Positions 31,088 through 40,805 of a DNA stretch of 64,000 nt are shown here, piece after piece. The notes under the pieces are model-generated. The model was not told the DNA's origin and made no database searches. It saw only the letters and a program-made list of their open reading frames with translations. Origin of the DNA: a virus. Lineage: Duplodnaviria > Heunggongvirae > Uroviricota > Caudoviricetes. Each line of letters begins with the position of its first letter. The first letter of the stretch is position 1. The stretch lies in IMG/VR virus record IMGVR_UViG_641736216_000007. The stretch is one strand, 5' to 3'. The translations under genes were made by a program, and so were the position numbers.

Positions 31088-31495
31088 TTATAATAATTTT
31101 AAATTTCCTGTTATTTCATCTATTTTATCCCCTTTAGCTGGACCTATAGCCACTGCTGTTTTTTGTTTAACTCCATTAAATACAGTTAATCCTAAATCAA
31201 CAGTCATGTAAGCAGGGAGCTTCATTTCCATAGCTTTATTATATATATTTGTTAACTCCGACTCAGAATTTACATATAGACAAACTTTTTTAAATATCCC
31301 ATTTATCCAAACATCTAAATCAGAATGCTTTTCAATATCTAATATTAATTCATAGCTATTTTTATTAAGTTCTTTTCTTCTCATTGTTTCTAAAATAGCT
31401 CCCAAAGAAGCATGACTCCCTTGAGCGACCATTTTACCTTTTGGCATTTTTAAATCTTTTCTTATAATTATTACTTGTTTTATATTTTCTTCCAT
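31088..31495 (-). CDS. Peptidyl-tRNA hydrolase, PTH2 (archaeal/eukaryotic) type
   Basis: IIIRKDLKMPKGKMVAQGSHAS matches the PTH2 core ...RTDLKMGKGKIAAQCSHA. C-terminal VAIGPAKGDKIDEITGNLKLL matches the PTH2 C-terminus. Confidence 0.7.
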   Translation of the reverse strand: MEENIKQVIIIRKDLKMPKGKMVAQGSHASLGAILETMRRKELNKNSYELILDIEKHSDLDVWINGIFKKVCLYVNSESELTNIYNKAMEMKLPAYMTVDLGLTVFNGVKQKTAVAIGPAKGDKIDEITGNLKLL

Positions 31496-31626
31496 TTTTA
31501 TATCCTTTCTGATTTTTTAGTATATTTAATATAGATATTCTATTTGTGTTTTATAAATTATTTTTTTATTATATAATTGAATTAAGTTATTGTTTATTTA
31601 CTTAATAATAGACTTATAGGAAGGAG

Positions 31627-32289
31627 ATGAAAAATTTGCCTTTATTCGAAAATTTAAAAGATAATGTAATAAATACAATTACTTATAAAATGGATGCTCT
31701 ACAAGATGTATTTTCTTCCCCAGATAATTTCCTTCTTAGCTTTAATAAAAATACTATCTATGATATAGATTTATTATGTATGATAGGTTCAGTAAATAAA
31801 GAAGAATTGTATAAGGAATTATATTTTAAAAATATAGATGAAATAGTATTGTTGATTGAAAATAATTTAGACAAAATTGAAAACTTGATTGTATTAACCA
31901 GTATAAAATATGAAACAGGAGAATTTGAAATAACTATAGAATATAATGATGAAAAAATTTTTAATATAAATATTCCTGAAAAGTATTATAAATATGAATA
32001 CTCATATATAGAAAAATCTATATTAGAGTTAGAAAAAAACTTATCTATATTAAAGCTTAAACACAAGAGGAGCAGAATACATAAAGAAGATATACAAAAT
32101 CAAATAAATAAAGTAGAAACAGAATTAAGTAATCTTATACATAAGAAAAATAAATTAGATAGAATTACTTCTAATTTAAGTTCTTTCTTAAATGGATATA
32201 ATTTTTTAGACTTTAGAAGACTTTCTTCTCTTTTTTCTGATTCTGATAGTGATATCAGTGATTTTAATGACATATTATCTATTTTATAA
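31627..32289 (+). CDS. Hypothetical protein (220 aa)
   Basis: Intact ORF. Confidence 0.45.
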   Translation: MKNLPLFENLKDNVINTITYKMDALQDVFSSPDNFLLSFNKNTIYDIDLLCMIGSVNKEELYKELYFKNIDEIVLLIENNLDKIENLIVLTSIKYETGEFEITIEYNDEKIFNINIPEKYYKYEYSYIEKSILELEKNLSILKLKHKRSRIHKEDIQNQINKVETELSNLIHKKNKLDRITSNLSSFLNGYNFLDFRRLSSLFSDSDSDISDFNDILSIL

Positions 32290-32337
32290 AAAATCAATAT
32301 CTTAATAGCTAATAAAAAGATCTTATATGTCTTTTTA

Positions 32338-33477
32338 TTAGCTATTCCTTGTTAAAACAAACACATCTTGATTCGTTTTTAATGAGTATTTTTTCTTTAA
32401 ATTCTTATTCGGCTTTATACTTTTCCCGACAAATAAATTATCTTCAGATAATTGTTTCCACTTTTTATTAAAAGTAGATATACTTGTACTAACTTTCTCA
32501 GATCCCAAAATCCATTCTTTGGCCACTATATTGTATTCCTTTAGATAAAAATAGAACAATCGTTCTATTTCAACTATATGAGTATTTTTCTTCTTATTTT
32601 CATAAAAATATAAGTCTTGTTCTAAATTATATTCATCCTTCAAAATTTTATTTATTCCAGTTCTGTTTAAATTACAATCTTTTATCAATTCTTTTTTTGT
32701 ATATAAATCATTTGATTTTAATTCCTTAATAGAGATTTTTATACTTGGAATAAAGTATAAACAAACATTGCTCTTTATATCTAATTCATCTCTTATTCTA
32801 TCTGATTCTATTTTTTTAACTAATCCAAACAAATTATATAAGTTTATAGTTTTGGAAATTGTACTTATTGAATAATTTAAACTGTATTCTTTTTTTAGAT
32901 GTCTAAGCGATACAAAAAATAATTCTTTATTATTAAAAATAATAGACTCTGTATTAACTTTTTTTCCATAATTATTTAAAGCTATATATATATCAATTTT
33001 TTCTTTTAACATATTTTTTAGATACTTATCATCAATTAACAATTCTTCTATAATCTTTATATTTTCAGAGTACTTTTGTATTCCAAAATTATTCTTTATT
33101 TTTTCTCCAAATCCCTTTTCTATTAAAATACTTGAAATTTCGGTTAGTCTACAATTAAAAAAAATACAAAGTAAATCATATATATCTAATCCATATAAAA
33201 TATATCTTTTAGTAAAATATCTCATTTTACCATTAGCATTTCTACTTATCCAACAAAAATTATTGTCTATAAATTTACATTCATAAAATGTATCTATTTT
33301 CATATTTAACAATATGCTTATATCTATATTTTCTATATCATTTTCAGTTAAAAGCATTTCTTTTAAATAAACAACATTAAATATATCGGATAATTTATAT
33401 TGTATGTTCGCATATATTTTTTTCATATATTTATTAGTCAAAGTAAAAACACTTTTGTTTGATATTACACTATCCAT
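32338..33477 (-). CDS. Hypothetical protein (379 aa)
   Basis: Intact ORF. Confidence 0.45.
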   Translation of the reverse strand: MDSVISNKSVFTLTNKYMKKIYANIQYKLSDIFNVVYLKEMLLTENDIENIDISILLNMKIDTFYECKFIDNNFCWISRNANGKMRYFTKRYILYGLDIYDLLCIFFNCRLTEISSILIEKGFGEKIKNNFGIQKYSENIKIIEELLIDDKYLKNMLKEKIDIYIALNNYGKKVNTESIIFNNKELFFVSLRHLKKEYSLNYSISTISKTINLYNLFGLVKKIESDRIRDELDIKSNVCLYFIPSIKISIKELKSNDLYTKKELIKDCNLNRTGINKILKDEYNLEQDLYFYENKKKNTHIVEIERLFYFYLKEYNIVAKEWILGSEKVSTSISTFNKKWKQLSEDNLFVGKSIKPNKNLKKKYSLKTNQDVFVLTRNS

Positions 33478-34621
33478 CTTATTGGCCTTTTTCTATTTTT
33501 TTACTTAATAAATTTAAAACGTTTTCTAATCCCCCATACATATCAATGTTCATCCTTCCAAATTATTCTACATTTCTACTTTAACCTATAATTTTAATTG
33601 TTTTCACAGTATCCATTTTCAAACTCTAAATAGGATCTCTACCTCAATTCCATTATCCCAATTAAATATACTATAAATTCCTTATTATTTATAAATATTC
33701 ATATCCTATTTAAATTTTATATTGTTTATATAAAATTTAGTCATTATTAAAGTATAAAAACATCTTCCCTTTTATTCCTAACTTATATAAGGCTCCTACA
33801 GTCTTTTTTACAATATTTAGATAAGTAACATCCAAAGAACATTTCTAATAGCCTCTAAACTCATTCTAAGAATATATTTAAACTACTATAAATACTATTT
33901 AATTACTTACACTATATTTCTTTTTATAATTATTAAACATAAAACATATTTATATCTTTAATTATTATAGTTTTAATAATTTATTTTAATTAGATTTTTT
34001 TAATGAAAAATAAGAATAAGTATTTATTTTTAAAATATAAATTTAAAATTTACGATTTCCTAATATTACATATTATAAACATACAATAAATATCTACATA
34101 ATATTATAAATAAAACAATAAGAAAAAAGAGATGAATTTGGGGAGGGAGTTGTCACTATATATAGAAATCTCAACTAAGCTTGCTAAACAAAAGTTAAAT
34201 ATGCATAACTATAAGAGATAGCCTTAGCAATATAGCTAAATTTAATATTTGGGCATTTTAAATCCACTTTTTTATAAAGAATATTTATAGTAGCACTATG
34301 GACAATCTCTGCTCTTTGCTAAATTAATCATCTTTACACTTTATATATTACTGTTATAAATACTTAATGTCAAGCTTTCGTTGTTTATAAAAAACGCATT
34401 TTATATTTTTCAGAATATTCACAACCATTCAGAACAATAACCTATATTAATATACTAAAAAATAGTTTTTGTCAAGTTTATTTTAAAAAAAACCTAAAAA
34501 ACAAATGTACTCAAAAGTACTATAAATAAAAAGAACTATCTAAATTAATAGATAGCTCTTATTGTAAATTTCTTTTAATAAACAATAATTTAAAATAAAA
34601 CTTTGTATTAATAAAACCTAC

Positions 34622-35420
34622 TTATTTTTTGTTCTGCTTTACTGCTAATAGACAAAGTTCAGGAGTTTGATTTTTTACATATTTAAGAGCATATGGATTT
34701 TCTTTAACTGCTTCAAGACAAATTTTGTCCATCTGTCCATTTGTAAGTTTATCTAAATTTACAAATCTAAGTGCTAATCCATTTTGTCTTACTGCTATTT
34801 GACAAAGTTCATATATTTCCTCTTTAGTTAGATTAAATTCGCTCCAATTTACATACTCAAGAGCTAAACCATCCTGTTTTACTGCTTTAAGACACATCTT
34901 ATAACTTTGTTTTTCTATATACTTAAGTGCCAATCCATTTTGCATTACTGCTTCTATACATATTTCTTCAGTCTGTTCCTCCACAAATTCTAAAGCATGT
35001 CCATTTTGTTTTACTGCTTCAATACAAATCTCTGGTGTTTGTTCTTTTACATACCCTAAAGCCCATGGATTACTTCTAACTGCCAATAAACACATTTCTT
35101 CTGTTTGTTTATCTATATAAGATAAGACCATCTTCTCTTACTATGTCTAAATACAAATCATTAATATCTGCTTTAATCAAATTAAGCTCATTCCATTTTA
35201 TATGATGTAATGCAGAGTATCCATTTTGTCTTACTGCCTCTTTATAAATATTATAAAATTCCTCTTTAGTTAACGGAAGTATCCTCCATTTAACTAATTG
35301 TATTGCTTTACCATTATTTTTAATTGCCTCTAAGCATATCTCATAATCCTGTTCATTTATATATATTAAATTATATCCATTTTCTTTTACTTTTTCTAAA
35401 GCCAGTTCTCTCATAATCAT
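34622..35420 (-). pseudogene. DUF4116-type repeat gene split by a frameshift in a TATATA tract near 35118 (ORFs 34622..35131 and 35109..35420)
   Basis: The upstream ORF ends ...REDGLILYR* and the overlapping ORF starts MVLSYIDKQTEEMCLLAV. Adding TA (or removing 1 nt) restores the continuous repeat ...DGLILYIDKQTEEMC. Confidence 0.5.
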
Positions 35421-35471
35421 TTTTATCTCCCTTTTCAGTTCATAATATTCATTAGTAACCTTATTCTCTTG

Positions 35472-36095
35472 CTAAGAAATAAATTCTGATGCATACTTGT
35501 TTTGCTTTAATGCTTCAATACATATTTCCTTAGTTTGTTTTTTTACATATCTAAGTGCTAAACCATTCTGTTTAACTGCTTCTAAACAAATCTCTTCTGT
35601 TTGAGTATGAACGAACTCTAAAGCTAACCCATTTTGTCTTACTGCTTCTATACAAGTCCTCTTTATTTGGCCTCCTGTATGTTTAAGAGCTAATCCATTT
35701 TGTTTTACTGCTTCTATACAAATATTTGTTACTTTCTTTTTTACATATACAATTAAATTTCCATCTCTTCTTACTGCTTCTAAGCAAATTCTATCTGTTT
35801 GGATAGGAGCAAACTGGAATGAGTCTTCAAATTCCTGTATTGCTTTTAAAGTTATATTTTCTACTTGTTCTTTTGATAATTTATCTTTTAATAAACCAAA
35901 AGGTATATGTCTAAGATTTAACCCTTTATCCATAACTGCTTCTAAGCAAAGTTCTTCTATCTCCCACTCTGATAATTTATCTTTTAAATCTTTCCAATTT
36001 ACATATTTTATAGAAGAGCTATCATTTATAATTGCTTCTCTACAAACTTCATACGATTGTTCTTCTATCTCTTTTAAATAACTACCTGTTTCCAT
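35472..36095 (-). CDS. DUF4116-type repeat protein. Start probably at the ATG at 36095; the track ORF extends to a GTG at 36116.
   Basis: Repeats such as CIEAVKQNGLALKH, CIEAVRQNGLALEFV and CLEAVKQNGLALRYVKKQTKEICIEA. Preceded by repeat element copy B. Confidence 0.55.
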   Translation of the reverse strand: METGSYLKEIEEQSYEVCREAIINDSSSIKYVNWKDLKDKLSEWEIEELCLEAVMDKGLNLRHIPFGLLKDKLSKEQVENITLKAIQEFEDSFQFAPIQTDRICLEAVRRDGNLIVYVKKKVTNICIEAVKQNGLALKHTGGQIKRTCIEAVRQNGLALEFVHTQTEEICLEAVKQNGLALRYVKKQTKEICIEALKQNKYASEFIS

Positions 36096-36132
36096 AAAAA
36101 ATGCAAAAGGGGACACGCTACTTCAGTAGTGT

Positions 36133-36428
36133 GAGGAATTTACCCCTCTTTCTGTTAGGCAAGAGTCTTTAACTCATATCTGTAACCATCACCTTTTTGT
36201 ATTAGTTTTAAATATCTATGATTAACAAATTGCAATCCTTGATAAAATTATTAAGGATTAATATCATATTACACTGTTTGTACCCATAAACTGGAGAAGC
36301 ATTTGTAGGTGTTGTAACCTTAATAATGTAGTTTAAAACTGAATCTGGTCAATACGACTTGGAGATAACTTCAAGCCTACCTCTTTAGAGGTGGGTTATT
36401 GACTTAGACATCCTCCCTTATCCTAATT
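36133..36428 (-). repeat. Copy B of the ~290-bp repeated element, inverted relative to copy A
   Basis: Reverse complement aligns with 8531..8818 at about 88-90% identity, with small indels. Ends 37 nt upstream of the start of 35472..36095. Confidence 0.55.
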
Positions 36429-36549
36429 TAAAATATATTTAAATATTACATCTATGTTTACTTCATTATATATATTAAATTTATTTAGTATTCAAAAGCA
36501 TAAGGGAAAAAGAACATTATAATGCTCCTTTTAATATAATCTTCTTTGT

Positions 36550-39500
36550 TTATTTTTCTAAGTTTGATATTATATCCATTATAATATCTATTTTTATTTT
36601 ATATTTAAAGTATGATTTATGTATAAATGTTATATCTGTACAAATAAATCTTAATAATAAAGAATAAAAACCGTTTATATCATTTTTTAAAATTATTTTA
36701 AACACATGCTTAAATTTCTTAATATTATTTCTTGTGCCTACATCTAAATTAAATACAAGTGTTTCTAAATCAATATAATTAAAAAAATATTCATACTTAC
36801 TTTTTATTAGTTGCTCTGCTATTTTCCAATATTTATTAAAATCATTAAACAGTATTGAATTTATAAATCCAGCCATATTAGAACGTCTTTGACTATGAAT
36901 TGTACTATATAATAAGCAGGTAAATTTATCATCTATGAATATAGAAGTATCTTCAGCTTTTGAAATTTCAAAAGCTTCCATATCTGCAGAATACATAACC
37001 TGTTCAGGTATAGATACATAGTGTTTTATGTATATATCTTTAGAAATTATTTTTCCTTTCTTTAAAGATTCAATTATCTTATTGAAGTTTTTTAATTCTA
37101 TTTTTTTTTCTTTTTGATCTTTCTCAAAAAAAACCAACTTTTTCTCTATTGAATATATTTTTACGCTTTTATTGCTAAAATTAATAGTTAATTCACTTAT
37201 TGTGTCTTCTATACTTTCAATTAAACGCCTTGGTACATAAACATCATAATAACTCATAAATTCATCAAGTAAATTGACTTTGCTCAATAATAAAGTACTA
37301 ACTATTGTTAATACAACTTTACTTCCTTCTTCTATAATATTTGACATCCCTGATTTAAAAAACAAGTTTTTGTCTTTTAGTAAATAATCAATATTCCCAT
37401 TAACATTTTCTATCTGTGGAAGCAGATAATTTATAGGTAGTTCAAATCCTCCCATTGATTTATCTTTTCCTAAATAACCATCAAGACGTTTATTAAAATT
37501 ATCTATATCTTTTTGGAGTTCACGTATTAAATCATTGTCAGTGTTTTCAATTAAGTCCTTCTCATTTATTGAAAGCATTTTTATATTATCATCTTTTTCT
37601 TTAACTCTAATATTAAAACATGACCTTGTTAAAAAATCATATTTATTAATTATCTCTATTATTTTATATTCTTTTTGTTTAAAGTTAATTTCATCATTAA
37701 CTTTACTTCCTAAAAGTTCTATCCATAAACCTTCATTCATATTAATATGTAAACAACCAAATCGGATATCATTTATTCTGTAAAAAACTTCTTTATTTAA
37801 ACAAACTTTTAATTCTTCTTTACCTGATTTTAATATAATAACATCATCAAGTTCAACTTGTTTAATCAAATCTTTATGTTCTTCAAAATCAGATACGTTT
37901 TGTATTTCATTAGACAATAAAATTTGCCAAATTCTAATAGCTGAATCTATGTCCATATTGTTCATATTAAAAGCAATCTTATAACTTAATTCTCTTGCTT
38001 TAGTCACTTCTCCAAGTTTTAAATAGGTTTCACTCGCTGTCATTAAATACTGTAAATCTTTCTCATTGTTTAATATGTCGGCAAATTCCTTTAAATCAAT
38101 TAGTTCTTTATTTATTAATTTCATTCGTGTTAGTTCATTAAGCCAATATAATTTTTTAGTATTATTAAATGCTTTTTTTGCTATAAAGTAAGCTCCTCTA
38201 TATAGCTTTTTTTTAATATAAATAGAATAAATACCTCTCTCTACATATTCATTACAAGTATCAATGTAGCATCTTATATAAATATCTAAAATATCATCAA
38301 AATACGCCTCCATATTTTTACTTATTGTAATGGATATGTATCTCTTTAGAAATCTTATATCATAAATACTATTTTCTTTTACTATAGCCAAAGACTTCTC
38401 AGTATTATCCATATTCATATATTCATCTGCAACATCTAATAAAATAAGGTCTTTATTTTTTGTATTGTTAACAATCTTGTCTAAATAAAATTCACTCTTT
38501 TCCTTATTCTTCGAGTTAGCTTTAGCACGCAAAAAATCTATCAGATTTCCTTCTGCTTTACATTCTTTTTCTATTACATTAATTGTGTATTCTTCTCCAT
38601 ATAGATTCAATAGAGAAAAACCATATGCATAAAAAGCAAAGTCTATATTTTCTAAATAATCTCTATATTTTATAAATAATTCTTTTACTTTAGACCAATT
38701 TTCCATACATAAACAATTATTAATAACACTTGATATATATATATTAATATTACCATTATTTTCTAAAAGGTATTTACAAATCTTATCAGCTTCTTCATAT
38801 TTTCCATTTAAATTAAAAATATTTATTTTTAAAACATAAAATTCAGTATCTTTTTCAAATTTATCTGAAAGATTAGAAATCTCTTCAAGTGCTAAGCTCT
38901 TGTCACTAAATAAAATCATTTGAAGTTTATAATAAGATATTTCTCTAAATTGATTAAATTCCAATTTCTCTAAATTGATATTTTTTATTTCTTCGATACA
39001 GTCACTAAAAACAACCCTCTCACCCTCTGTGAGTTCACCAAGTTCTCTATCAATACTAAATACAGATAAGGCTTTGCAAAGTATATATTCAGCTTTATAT
39101 GTATCTCCTTTTTCTTTAATTTCAAATAAGAGTTTCTCTGCTTCATCAAATTTTTCAATTTTAATAAAAGATTTAGCTACATATAATTTTATCTCTGGTG
39201 CATCTAAATCCTTTTCATTGTTAAATCTTTCAATTAAAACATCATACTGTTTAGAAAAATATAAGTATTTAATTTCATTACTATCTATTTTTGAACTATC
39301 CATATCAAGACTTTCCCATGTAGATTTTAACTCTTTAAAAATACTATCACTTTGTGAAAAAGTAGCTATGTTAAATTTAACATTTAGAAACTCAGCCGTT
39401 TTATCTCCATATGCTTCAAGTTCTTTAAAATATTCAGATAATCTCTCTTGCTTATTTGTTAATAGTGCTAAAAAACAATTATATTGTAATAATTTTCTTT

Positions 39501-39759
39501 CAACAGCTTCGCTAAACCTATCTTGTTTTTTTCTATATATCCAGTTAATCTTATCCTCTATTTCTTCATATTCTTGCCTATCAAATAAAGACTCTATTTC
39601 ATCTAATTTATCCTTCATATACTCATCTACAATTTTTTCATTTTTGTAAGTATTTGATTCTTGTATTATAGTATTCCCACTTAAAATTACCCCATTTACC
39701 TTTTGTTCAGATATATTGTTCTTAAAAAGAAATCTACTTAATATTTTTTTTATTCCCAT
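36550..39759 (-). CDS. Large alpha-helical, TPR-like repeat protein (1069 aa)
   Basis: Long helical-repeat architecture with no catalytic motif recognised. The family is uncertain. Confidence 0.5.
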   Translation of the reverse strand: MGIKKILSRFLFKNNISEQKVNGVILSGNTIIQESNTYKNEKIVDEYMKDKLDEIESLFDRQEYEEIEDKINWIYRKKQDRFSEAVERKLLQYNCFLALLTNKQERLSEYFKELEAYGDKTAEFLNVKFNIATFSQSDSIFKELKSTWESLDMDSSKIDSNEIKYLYFSKQYDVLIERFNNEKDLDAPEIKLYVAKSFIKIEKFDEAEKLLFEIKEKGDTYKAEYILCKALSVFSIDRELGELTEGERVVFSDCIEEIKNINLEKLEFNQFREISYYKLQMILFSDKSLALEEISNLSDKFEKDTEFYVLKINIFNLNGKYEEADKICKYLLENNGNINIYISSVINNCLCMENWSKVKELFIKYRDYLENIDFAFYAYGFSLLNLYGEEYTINVIEKECKAEGNLIDFLRAKANSKNKEKSEFYLDKIVNNTKNKDLILLDVADEYMNMDNTEKSLAIVKENSIYDIRFLKRYISITISKNMEAYFDDILDIYIRCYIDTCNEYVERGIYSIYIKKKLYRGAYFIAKKAFNNTKKLYWLNELTRMKLINKELIDLKEFADILNNEKDLQYLMTASETYLKLGEVTKARELSYKIAFNMNNMDIDSAIRIWQILLSNEIQNVSDFEEHKDLIKQVELDDVIILKSGKEELKVCLNKEVFYRINDIRFGCLHINMNEGLWIELLGSKVNDEINFKQKEYKIIEIINKYDFLTRSCFNIRVKEKDDNIKMLSINEKDLIENTDNDLIRELQKDIDNFNKRLDGYLGKDKSMGGFELPINYLLPQIENVNGNIDYLLKDKNLFFKSGMSNIIEEGSKVVLTIVSTLLLSKVNLLDEFMSYYDVYVPRRLIESIEDTISELTINFSNKSVKIYSIEKKLVFFEKDQKEKKIELKNFNKIIESLKKGKIISKDIYIKHYVSIPEQVMYSADMEAFEISKAEDTSIFIDDKFTCLLYSTIHSQRRSNMAGFINSILFNDFNKYWKIAEQLIKSKYEYFFNYIDLETLVFNLDVGTRNNIKKFKHVFKIILKNDINGFYSLLLRFICTDITFIHKSYFKYKIKIDIIMDIISNLEK

Positions 39760-39772
39760 AATATTAGTCCCT

Positions 39773-40135
39773 TTATTTATTATCTTGTTTTATTTTATTT
39801 TTAGATATTTTTTTACCCTTAATAATTTGTTTATTATCTTCATTTTTCTTACTCTCACTTGATTGTGTTATTTCATTATTTAAGATATCTTTACCTTTAA
39901 TAATTTGTTTGTTACTTTTTTTGTTTCTATTTATTTTATTTTGACGCACCCCTATAAAAGTTAATACTACAGTTACTATCCCTATTACAATTGTACCTAT
40001 AGCTCCTATCTTGCTCCAATCTAAATTATCCATTATCTCACCTCTATTATAGAATATTTTTTCTCTATAATTAAAATTATATCCTAAATAAAATGTATAC
40101 TTCAACAAGTAATAAAAAGGTGCTTTTAAAAGCAC
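39773..40135 (-). CDS. Small membrane-anchored Lys-rich protein (120 aa)
   Basis: One TM helix followed by the internal repeat NKQIIKGK(D/K)I. Confidence 0.35.
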   Translation of the reverse strand: MLLKAPFYYLLKYTFYLGYNFNYREKIFYNRGEIMDNLDWSKIGAIGTIVIGIVTVVLTFIGVRQNKINRNKKSNKQIIKGKDILNNEITQSSESKKNEDNKQIIKGKKISKNKIKQDNK

Positions 40136-40148
40136 CTTTTTATTACAA

Positions 40149-40667
40149 TTATTTTTTTATATATCCTAAACTATATGCTCGATTTGAAGCATCTCTTTGA
40201 TTGACATTAAAATATTTAGAAACTTTATCTATATTAATTACACCATTTTCTTCGATAAGCTCAAATTCACTTTTAGGCATTAATAATGCAAGTGCAAACT
40301 CTTTAACTTGTTCTTCTTCTTGCAAATTTTTACTTTTATAAAATTCATTTATTTTCTGAGAATTCCATATATCATCATCTATATTATATCTCATGTGCAA
40401 AAATAAGTGTCCTAATGCTTTAGCTATATGCATATTGGATATATGATTGGATTGACCATAAGGAATTACTATTTCAAATTCATAATGATAATTCTTTAAT
40501 TTTCTAATATAAGAGTCTGAAAATTTACTTAAAGAATTATCTTTTTTAATTATTCCTCCCATTTTATCAACAACATTATTCATATCTTTTATTGGAATTT
40601 CAATCATATAAATGTCTATTATATCCTTTGTTAGTTCATTAATTAAATTAATATTCTTTTTATTCAT
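40149..40667 (-). CDS. ImmA/IrrE-family (DUF955) metallopeptidase-like protein with a degenerate HEXXH
   Basis: MHIAKALGHLFLH aligns with the ImmA AHELGHlllH motif with H->K and E->A substitutions. ...FALALLMPKSEF matches the family LLMP motif. Terminator hairpin at 40114-40144. Confidence 0.45.
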   Translation of the reverse strand: MNKKNINLINELTKDIIDIYMIEIPIKDMNNVVDKMGGIIKKDNSLSKFSDSYIRKLKNYHYEFEIVIPYGQSNHISNMHIAKALGHLFLHMRYNIDDDIWNSQKINEFYKSKNLQEEEQVKEFALALLMPKSEFELIEENGVINIDKVSKYFNVNQRDASNRAYSLGYIKK

Positions 40668-40805
40668 AATAATCCCCCTAAATATTTATAAATTTATATT
40701 TATTTTTATAAATAAATATAAATATTATTATTTTTTATAAAATAATATATTATTTTATGATTTTTATTAATATAAATATTTTTTATAAGTATTTTATATT
40801 TTTTA

